Below are positions 8,685 to 15,384 of a stretch of DNA of 25,840 bases, one piece after another. Under the pieces are notes generated by a model. The model saw nothing but the letters and a program-made list of their open reading frames with translations, did not search any database and was not told the DNA's origin. This stretch comes from Planctomycetes bacterium RIFCSPHIGHO2_12_FULL_52_36 (GTDB lineage: Bacteria; Planctomycetota; Brocadiia; Brocadiales; Bathyanammoxibiaceae). Each line of letters starts with the position of its first letter. Position 1 is the first letter of the stretch. Position numbers and translations under genes: made by a program. The DNA is taken from contig MHYW01000136.1 of the NCBI GenBank assembly GCA_001828545.1, forward strand, positions 1-25,840. Reading direction: 5' to 3'.

Positions 8685-9379
8685 TTTATCGTGTATTTAC
8701 CCTCGGAAACGGACCTCAATTGACTGACCAGGTTATGGGCCTGACGCAGGGGTTCCGGGAGTCTGTAGCCCCTGCAACTCCTGAGGACTATCTTTATGGA
8801 AGAGGGCAAATTGATTCTGTGCCCGGGAGAGACGAAGACTGGCTTCACCCTGCTCCTAGTCCTTACTGCCGCCCCTACCCGCTTGCCTTTGTAGAGGAGG
8901 TAAGAATAGGAGCCTGCCTCAACGCCCACAGGGTCGTACCCCCCCACTAGTACAGACTTGGCACAGCCCACGGAGGGCCTATCCAGCAGGAGTCCCATAT
9001 GGCTGGCCAGGCCGAGGCCCCTGGGATGGGCAATACCCTGCCCGTCAAATAGCAGCACATCGGGTTTGGTCTTAAGGAGACTGAACGCCTTCAGGAGGGC
9101 TGGTGCCTCTCTAAAACTAAGGAGACCAGGGATGTATGGGAAACTGGCCTTACGCACGGCACTGGCCTTATCCAGGGGCTTCATGCCCTTAAAGTCAAAG
9201 ACTACTACCCCAGCGTATACCTGGTTGGTCCGCTTACTATAAGCCACGTCTGCCCCTGCTATGGTACGGGGCAAGGTGGTGCTACCGTCCGTGAGGATGA
9301 GGGATTTCCTCAGCCTATCCTGTATGTCTACCGCCTCCTGGTAGCCTACCCGCCACGGATGGAGTCTTTTAAATCTCAT
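8681..9379 (-). CDS. nfi: Endonuclease V (deoxyinosine 3' endonuclease)
   Basis: IAGADVAY, FPYIPGLLSFREAP, DGQGIAHPRGLGLASH, SVGCAKS, PVFVSPGH, YRLPEPLRQAH. Confidence 0.96.
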   Translation of the reverse strand: MRFKRLHPWRVGYQEAVDIQDRLRKSLILTDGSTTLPRTIAGADVAYSKRTNQVYAGVVVFDFKGMKPLDKASAVRKASFPYIPGLLSFREAPALLKAFSLLKTKPDVLLFDGQGIAHPRGLGLASHMGLLLDRPSVGCAKSVLVGGYDPVGVEAGSYSYLLYKGKRVGAAVRTRSRVKPVFVSPGHRINLPSSIKIVLRSCRGYRLPEPLRQAHNLVSQLRSVSEGKYTIK

Positions 9380-10115
9380 CCCCTGCCTGGAATTGTAGGG
9401 ACAGGGCTTTAGCCCTGTCCGAAATGGGCAGACCTGGAGAAACGGACAGACCTAGAGGTCTGTCCCTACTGCTGCTGTCTTTAGGTCCCTCCCTGGAGGC
9501 CAGGTACCTCAAGCTCTTCATTACCTTCTTGTAAGGGAAATTCTTCCCGGGGCAGGCCGTATCGTGGACGTCCTTATGCAAAACAATAGAGGACCGGGGG
9601 ATATCGTACCTTTGCGATAAGTAACTGATAATGTTTATCAAGGACTTAATCTGTCGCCTGGTGGGTTTGTCCCCATTCTCAAAGTTCCCCACAAGGCAGA
9701 TACCTATACCCATGCGGTTGTACCGGGAGTCGCCGGCATGGGCACCGGAGAGCTGCTCCTTCCAGCGTTTACCTACCTCTATCTCACCGTCTCTGGAATC
9801 AGTCCCATTTCCGATGACGAAATGGTAGCCGAGACCATTTCCCCACCCCCTTACCTCCCGGTGGAAGGTGTCAAAACGGGCCGCTGAGCCTTCATGGGTG
9901 GCACTGTGGTGAAGCACTATGTATCGCCAGTGGTTCTCAGGGGCCTCAGGTTTACATAGTGTTTCCAGATTGGGTGCCTTTTTCTTTAGCAACATCAAGG
10001 GCAGGCTTACGGCGAGGGCAAGGACAACCAGTGCCGGAATGAGGAGGAAAAGGGGTATCTTCCATACGTAGAAGGAAAATGCAAGGCTATTCTTAGTCTT
10101 CCAGAACTGCTTCAT
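9369..10115 (-). CDS. N-acetylmuramoyl-L-alanine amidase (Amidase_2/PGRP-like), N-terminal TM anchor
   Basis: WRYIVLHHSAT, GLGYHFVIGNG, GAHAG, IGICLVGNFE, LHKDVHDTACPG (Zn ligands His/His/Cys). Hydrophobic residues ~15-42. Confidence 0.92.
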   Translation of the reverse strand: MKQFWKTKNSLAFSFYVWKIPLFLLIPALVVLALAVSLPLMLLKKKAPNLETLCKPEAPENHWRYIVLHHSATHEGSAARFDTFHREVRGWGNGLGYHFVIGNGTDSRDGEIEVGKRWKEQLSGAHAGDSRYNRMGIGICLVGNFENGDKPTRRQIKSLINIISYLSQRYDIPRSSIVLHKDVHDTACPGKNFPYKKVMKSLRYLASREGPKDSSSRDRPLGLSVSPGLPISDRAKALSLQFQAGDEI

Positions 10116-10145
10116 TAAGAGGGACTATTTCTTGCCACCTGCAAA

Positions 10146-10174
10146 ATTATATAGAGGCAGGAAAGGACTGTCAA
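10146..10174 (-). promoter_or_regulatory. Sigma70 promoter (perfect consensus) for the amidase-nfi-amzA-DUF192 operon
   Basis: Minus strand TTGACA-gtcctttcctgcctcta(17)-TATAAT. Confidence 0.8.
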
Positions 10175-10196
10175 TGGGAAAAGAGGCCAGGGTTGT

Positions 10197-10225
10197 GTAG
10201 GGGCGACCCGGCGGGTCGCCCCTAC
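10197..10225. repeat. GTAG-type REP-like palindrome, copy 5
   Basis: gtaggggcgacccg-g-cgggtcgcccctac, perfect 14-bp arms, lying between the divergent promoters. Confidence 0.85.
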
Positions 10226-10246
10226 TAAACGGGCAAGCAATTATCC

Positions 10247-10274
10247 TTGACAGCCCTCCAGTTGCTAGTACAAT
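10247..10274 (+). promoter_or_regulatory. Sigma70 promoter for the precursor-rSAM-kinase-NTase operon
   Basis: TTGACA-N16-TACAAT, about 50 nt upstream of the GTG at 10324. Confidence 0.65.
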
Positions 10275-10323
10275 AACCTTAATTATTTATGTATGTATTT
10301 GGTCCGATAGAAGGAGGTCGCCA

Positions 10324-10503
10324 GTGTCCAAAGAACCTACCGATAACCTTGAAGAACAGAGGCAAAAGACCCGCCGCAGGCTCCTGAAGTTAGGTGCATA
10401 CAGCATCCCGATAATCACAACTCTGGTTGCGAGCCGTGAGGCCCTTGCTGTATGTGGCCCTGTACTGTGCCCGCCCAAACTCAAGCTAGCGTCAAGGTCC
10501 TGA
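10324..10503 (+). CDS. Putative RiPP precursor peptide with Tat-like leader (59 aa; not in the ORF track)
   Basis: SD AAGGAGG (10311-10317) 6 nt before GTG. Translation MSKEPTDNLEEQRQKTRRRLLKLGAYSIPIITTLVASREALAVCGPVLCPPKLKLASRS: TRRRLLK twin-Arg motif, hydrophobic stretch, ALA cleavage motif. Directly upstream of an RRE-bearing rSAM. Confidence 0.82.
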   Translation: MSKEPTDNLEEQRQKTRRRLLKLGAYSIPIITTLVASREALAVCGPVLCPPKLKLASRS

Positions 10504-10579
10504 GTCGTAGCCATGAGCCGAAGTCCTGGGGCCGCCTCAGGTGGATGAAGGGGTTACGAAGGAGCGGTGATAGATTACT

Positions 10580-12196
10580 ATGGTTAATGAGATTGACCCC
10601 GCAAAAGGCCACATCTTCCTGGTAAGAGGACCTGTCAATTCTGCCTTGTACGACCTAAAGAAGAGGGAGATCTATTCCGTAAACCCACTGGTGGCTAGCG
10701 CGCTGGGGGATGGAGCGGAAGGGGTTCAGTCTATGCCTTTAGCAGGTCTACAGGTAGATTCGTTCCGATCACTGCAGGCCTCTAAACCTTCGTCCATTAG
10801 TGGAGAGGCCCTCCAGGTGCTCAGGAGTTACTTGGCCATACATCCTGCACTTGGTCAGTATGCGGTGACAGGTGGTAAGGGGTTTCGGGAGGGAGGCGGC
10901 AGTAGCCCCTTTTCCTACCAAAAAGTCATAGGGGAGTATTGCAATACGTCCCTACGTAGACTTAATTGTATATGGCTGGAACTCACCCAAAGTTGCAACC
11001 TCTCCTGTGCCCACTGTTATGCGGAGGCGGGGATGAGTCGCCCGAAGGAGCTTTCCCTGGGACAGTGGAAGGAGATACTTGAGGAGGGTGCGCAACTGGG
11101 CGCAAAGGAGGTCCAGTTGACGGGAGGTGAACCCACCCTATGCCCCTGGCTCACTGAGCTTGTTGAACACGCAAAGTCTTGCCAGTACAGAGAGATAGAG
11201 GTCTTTACCAATGCCACCCGCCTTGAGGAAGGGTTGTTGCGGAAGTTGGCTACCTTAGGGGTGAAGGTGGCATTATCCATTTACTCCTACGACCCCGAGA
11301 CGCACGATGGGATTACCAGGAGTCCTGGGAGCTTTGGGCGGACAGTAGAGGGTATAAAGTCACTCCTGGACTACCAGATACCTGTGAGGGCAAACGTAAC
11401 CCTTATGAAGGAAAACCTCTCCCACTTTAAAGACACCAGAGAGTTCTTGAAGGGATTGGGTTTGAAGGAGATAGGGTACGATTATGTACGGCCTACTGGG
11501 AGGGGGAGGGCAGAGTCAACCCGTCTGGATGTAGACGTGGCGAAGAAGGCGCCGGTGCTGTACATGCCATCCTCGCCCGAGGGCATACGTGGATTTTGTG
11601 AGGATAAGTCTGCCTGGATTACCTGCTGGAGGGGTGAGATACTCATAGCCAGTGATGGGGCGGCGTACCCATGCATCTTTACCAGGAAGATGCCAGTAGG
11701 TAAATTCCCCGAGATGCGGCTGGAAGAGATTATACAAGGCCAAACCGTCCAAAGGCTGTGGCAGATAACCCTGGATGAGGTGGAGACCTGTAAGGACTGT
11801 GAACTCCGCTACGGGTGTTTTAACTGCAGTGCCCTGGCACTGACTACCACTGGTAAACTGCTGGCCAAGAACCCACACTGTCAGTATAACCCCTACACCG
11901 GGCTTATGGAGGGGCATGGAGAAAAAGGGATGAAAGAAAGGCCAAAGACACGGATAGACCTCATCAATGAGACTGTGGAAGATGAGGTAGTTATTTATGA
12001 CCCAAAGAACCATAATGTACACCACCTGAATCCTATGGCAGGCATTATCTGGGAGTTATTAGATGGAAATCATACCCCCAAGGAGATAGCGGAGGAGGTC
12101 ATCAGTGTACTGGAGACCGACCCCGTTCAAGTGGAAAGGGACGTTACCAAGACCATTGAGGAGTTCCAGAGGAAAGGCCTTCTGGAAGAGGCGTAG
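10580..12196 (+). CDS. Radical SAM/SPASM peptide maturase with C-terminal PqqD/RRE domain
   Basis: CNLSCAHC (CxxxCxxC), LTGGEP, FTNA. SPASM CWRG...DGAAYPC...CKDCELRYGCFNC...PHC. Residues 451-538 are PqqD-like (EDEVVIYDP....HHLNPMAGIIWELLDG..TPKEIA...DV..TIEEFQRKGLL). Confidence 0.93.
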   Translation: MVNEIDPAKGHIFLVRGPVNSALYDLKKREIYSVNPLVASALGDGAEGVQSMPLAGLQVDSFRSLQASKPSSISGEALQVLRSYLAIHPALGQYAVTGGKGFREGGGSSPFSYQKVIGEYCNTSLRRLNCIWLELTQSCNLSCAHCYAEAGMSRPKELSLGQWKEILEEGAQLGAKEVQLTGGEPTLCPWLTELVEHAKSCQYREIEVFTNATRLEEGLLRKLATLGVKVALSIYSYDPETHDGITRSPGSFGRTVEGIKSLLDYQIPVRANVTLMKENLSHFKDTREFLKGLGLKEIGYDYVRPTGRGRAESTRLDVDVAKKAPVLYMPSSPEGIRGFCEDKSAWITCWRGEILIASDGAAYPCIFTRKMPVGKFPEMRLEEIIQGQTVQRLWQITLDEVETCKDCELRYGCFNCSALALTTTGKLLAKNPHCQYNPYTGLMEGHGEKGMKERPKTRIDLINETVEDEVVIYDPKNHNVHHLNPMAGIIWELLDGNHTPKEIAEEVISVLETDPVQVERDVTKTIEEFQRKGLLEEA

Positions 12197-12198
12197 AG

Positions 12199-13062
12199 GT
12201 GAAGGCGGCGACCCCAGCACTATCCACACTCAATATAAAGGTACTCTCCCTCCCGATAGAGATAACCACAAACCACGAGTCTTTCCGAAGAGAATTCTGT
12301 GAGCTTACCTCAGCCCTGGCTACCCCTGCAAATGGAGAACCACCAGTGGTAAGGTTCCAGGTGATGAAGAAGAAGAGATGTTTGCAGATAGAGCAGGAGG
12401 GTCGCATTATTTACCGTTTAACGAGAGACTATCATTTATGCCCCTTCCTGATGGACGAGATAAGGGCAAGCTGTTATGGACACGTGAAGGATTACCTGCT
12501 AGTCCACGCCGGTGCCGTAGTAAAAAATGGTAGGGCTATCCTCTTACCAGGGAAGTCAGAGAGCGGAAAGACCACCCTTACGCTGGGGCTTACGAACCAC
12601 GGTTATAAATATCTTACTGATGAGGTGAGCGCTATCCACCATGAGACTACGGAGGTGGTGCCATTCCAGAGGCCCATTTACGTGTGGCGTTGGTCCAGGC
12701 CCCTCCGTCAAGAGGTCAGTAAGAGTTTCAAGACCTATCGTTACCGTGGCGAAGGGCAGAGGTGGCAATACATTGTGCCCCAGGATGGTGCAGTAATCCC
12801 CGGGGATGCCCGGTGTAAGGTGGATTGGATTATATTCCCCAAATATGTCCCTAAGAGTAAGGTAGTATTGAAACCCATTGGCGGCGCCAGGGCAGCCGTG
12901 GCCCTACTGCAAAGGTGTTGGAATGCCCAGCTCTTTCCAGATAGGGGTCTAAAGATACTCACAGGGCTTGTACGAAGGGCGCGGTGTTATACACTGGAGA
13001 TGGGAGACCTGGAAGAGGCCTGCAAATTGATAGAGTCAACATGTAGGGGCGAATCCGCCTGA
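12199..13062 (+). CDS. HPr-kinase-related serine kinase (PadeK/ThcoK-like P-loop kinase)
   Basis: LVHAGAV, Walker A GKSESGKTTL, GYKYLTDE, VPFQRPI. Lacks the N-terminal domain of true HprK. Confidence 0.85.
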   Translation: MKAATPALSTLNIKVLSLPIEITTNHESFRREFCELTSALATPANGEPPVVRFQVMKKKRCLQIEQEGRIIYRLTRDYHLCPFLMDEIRASCYGHVKDYLLVHAGAVVKNGRAILLPGKSESGKTTLTLGLTNHGYKYLTDEVSAIHHETTEVVPFQRPIYVWRWSRPLRQEVSKSFKTYRYRGEGQRWQYIVPQDGAVIPGDARCKVDWIIFPKYVPKSKVVLKPIGGARAAVALLQRCWNAQLFPDRGLKILTGLVRRARCYTLEMGDLEEACKLIESTCRGESA

Positions 13063-13262
13063 GACGGACTGAACTCCACATCCAGCGACACAGTCGCTGG
13101 ACTCCATATATTTGGAGTCCATTGACTGTGTCAATGGACAAAATCAGACACCTAACCGCCCACTACTTCCTATCCAGCGATCCGCCTGAGGCGGAGAGGC
13201 AATCTAGTCATGGTTGAGCGGGATTGCTTCAGTAGTGTAGGGTGCGTCTTAACGCACCTTAC
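13043..13262. repeat. Composite palindromic element between kinase and nucleotidyltransferase
   Basis: Half-REP gtaggggcgaa (13043); tccgcctgag[a/g]cgga at 13054-13068 and 13181-13195; nested TCCA..TGGA hairpins at 13081-13139; REP-like gtagggtgcgt-ctta-acgcaccttac at 13237-13262. Confidence 0.7.
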
Positions 13263-13290
13263 TACTCGGCCCACCTTAGACAGACAACCT

Positions 13291-14496
13291 ATGTCTATGA
13301 ACAATATCCAAAGAGAACCTGTCTCAGAATATCAGAGTGAGCTTTTGCAACTCGTATCTCTATGCTCAGCCTCCAGGGTACGTCAAGTTGCAAATCCGCC
13401 ATCTTTCAGGCGGGACGCACCCTACGATTGGAGAGGCATAATAAAGATGGCCAGGGGGGAGGGGCTATCTCTCTCGTTATACAAAAACTTGAAGGCCAGT
13501 AACGGCCTCCTGCCCCAGGAGTATCTGGAGGAGTTGAGGCAAGAATATTTCTTAACCCTGGCACAGAATAAGTATTATTTTAGAGAGTTGGTGCGATGTC
13601 TTAAGGCAATGGACGTGCCGGTCATACTGTTAAAGGGGGCGGCCCTGCTTCCTGCCGCCTATAATGACTTAGGGGCGAGGCCCCTTGGGGATTTTGACAT
13701 CTTAATCCACCGCAGAGACCTGGATAAGGTAACAGGACGCTTAGGGGACTTGGGGTATAAATCTCATGGGGTGTATGGTCCCCATATTAATACTGTTTCT
13801 TTTATAAGAGACGAGGAGACGGTCCTGCCCCTGGAGGTTCACTGGCATATTGAAAATGCCATGTTCCCAAATTTTGAGATGTTCAAGATAGAGAGGATGT
13901 GGCAGGCCGCCATTACTGTAAAGATAGAGGGCTATGAGGGACTTATCTTTGCCCCGCATCACCAACTCCTCCACCTCACCGTACATGCCCTGAGGCACCA
14001 CTACGATAGGCTCATCCTCCTGTGGGACATACACCAGGTAATTAACCACTACGGGGGGCGGTTGAACTGGAAGGAATTGGTGCAGGAGGCACTGGAGTTC
14101 CGTCTCTCCAGACCTTTATTCTACGGGCTTTATCTAACCAAACTCTTAATGCATACAGACGTACCACAACATGTTCTGGATAGACTCAGGCCCTTAAGCC
14201 TTGGTCTGGAGGAAAAAGCCTTCGTCTATTTTATCAATAGGGGTATCCGCATACCCGGTTTACAATACCTGGTATATTTTCCAATGAACCAGGGCGTGAT
14301 AAATAAGATAAGATTTCTCTGGCGGGCCTTCTTCCCCCCCAGGGATATACTAGCGGAGATGGAGGCCCTTGATGGTTCTGAGATAGGGATAGTCCATTAC
14401 CTGAGGTGCATGAGTTGGAGGATGCAGTGTGCATGGAGGCTTATTGGGGGGGGGTTATGGTTTTCTGGCAAAGGCCAGGAGGGAGGGGCTGATTAA
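13291..14496 (+). CDS. Uncharacterised nucleotidyltransferase (NTP_transf_5-like)
   Basis: VILLKGAAL, YNDLGARPLGDFDILI, LEVHWHI, LLHLTVHALRH, RLILLWDI. Start placed at ATG 13291 (or 13297) because the ORF-track extension from 13210 runs through repeat DNA. Confidence 0.88.
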   Translation: MSMNNIQREPVSEYQSELLQLVSLCSASRVRQVANPPSFRRDAPYDWRGIIKMARGEGLSLSLYKNLKASNGLLPQEYLEELRQEYFLTLAQNKYYFRELVRCLKAMDVPVILLKGAALLPAAYNDLGARPLGDFDILIHRRDLDKVTGRLGDLGYKSHGVYGPHINTVSFIRDEETVLPLEVHWHIENAMFPNFEMFKIERMWQAAITVKIEGYEGLIFAPHHQLLHLTVHALRHHYDRLILLWDIHQVINHYGGRLNWKELVQEALEFRLSRPLFYGLYLTKLLMHTDVPQHVLDRLRPLSLGLEEKAFVYFINRGIRIPGLQYLVYFPMNQGVINKIRFLWRAFFPPRDILAEMEALDGSEIGIVHYLRCMSWRMQCAWRLIGGGLWFSGKGQEGGAD

Positions 14497-15351
14497 CAGG
14501 TTTCCAATAGATAGATAATAGACTGCCTGGGCCAGGGGGTAGGCGGTGTTTCGCAACAGTACCTCGGCAGATTTCCCGGCAAAGTTTATAAGGGCGGGAA
14601 CGTTTGGATCAAGGGTGGAATTCTCTACCCGTATGTCCACAAAACCTGCCTCCTTGAGGAACATCCTCAGTGTCCCTGGAGAAAACATATACACGTGGAA
14701 GACGGTGGGGGCCGTCACCCTGAGACCCTCCGGGATGATGGAATTGGTGAGGTCAAAAAGGCGCTGGAGGTAGAGGTGGAAGTGGAGGTTGGACACCCTT
14801 AAGGCAATAAGCCCGCCCTTCTTTAGTACCCTAAAGACTTCCCTTAAGTCTCCCCATGGGTCGTACGCCTGGTCAAGGACGTTCCAGGAAGTAGCCACGC
14901 CAAATGAATTCTCAGGCAGTTTGGCATCCCTTAGTTCCCCCCTGTGGACCTCGAGCCTCAGGGTATCTCTGGCAAATTGGACGGCGGTGGAGGAGACGTC
15001 GGTCCCCACTCCCTGCCACCCCCTCTTCCTGGCCAGGTCAAGGAAGTAGCCCTTGCCACAGCCTACGTCCAGGAGACTACCGTCTGGGATGGTGGATTCA
15101 ATACGGGAGAGCATCTTTTCAAACAGTGGGTATCTGTACTCCCTCCAGAGTGCCTCCTCTTCCGGTTTAAAATACTCAAGGTCGTAAAGCCTCCTCTCCC
15201 TCTCCAGGGTAGGTTTGGGGTTTATATAAGCAAGGCCGCATTTCTTACATCGTACCAGCCAGGAGGTCTCGTGGATTGGAGAGATGACCACCTGGTTAAG
15301 GGCAACGTAGTCCTTGGAGTTACAAAAGTTACAAGGGGTCTTGACTAGCAT
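14455..15351 (-). CDS. Class I SAM-dependent methyltransferase with N-terminal Zn ribbon (paralog 2)
   Basis: CNFC...CKKCGLAYINP, LLDVGCGKGYF, WNVLDQAYDP, HVYMFS. Confidence 0.9.
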   Translation of the reverse strand: MLVKTPCNFCNSKDYVALNQVVISPIHETSWLVRCKKCGLAYINPKPTLERERRLYDLEYFKPEEEALWREYRYPLFEKMLSRIESTIPDGSLLDVGCGKGYFLDLARKRGWQGVGTDVSSTAVQFARDTLRLEVHRGELRDAKLPENSFGVATSWNVLDQAYDPWGDLREVFRVLKKGGLIALRVSNLHFHLYLQRLFDLTNSIIPEGLRVTAPTVFHVYMFSPGTLRMFLKEAGFVDIRVENSTLDPNVPALINFAGKSAEVLLRNTAYPLAQAVYYLSIGNLLISPSLLAFARKP

Positions 15352-15384
15352 CTAGTGCCTGCGAAAGAGGGATATCTCCAGAGG

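Noticed and set aside
10287-10514. 75-aa minus-strand ORF from the track (MATTQDL...)
   Set aside because: It is the antisense shadow of the plus-strand precursor gene, which has the SD, promoter and recognisable Tat/AxA features.
10580-12196. Annotation as PqqE / PQQ biosynthesis or as a lasso peptide cluster
   Set aside because: No pqqB/C, and the precursor lacks the PqqA E-x-x-x-Y core. No lasso cyclase or peptidase is present, and the core has no Asp/Glu at positions 7-9 for a macrolactam.
12199-13062. Annotation as true HPr kinase/phosphorylase (hprK)
   Set aside because: Lacks the N-terminal HprK domain and PTS context; the operon points to a peptide-modifying HprK-related kinase.
13210-13290. 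N-terminal extension of the nucleotidyltransferase ORF
   Set aside because: Encoded by repeat and hairpin DNA (REP variant 13237-13262). ATG 13291 or 13297 is the more likely start.
14446-14454. G9 homopolymer near the 3' end of the NTase as a phase-variation switch
   Set aside because: Slippage would alter only the last ~14 residues, and the tract lies just outside the convergent MTase stop. Little functional leverage, and no read data.
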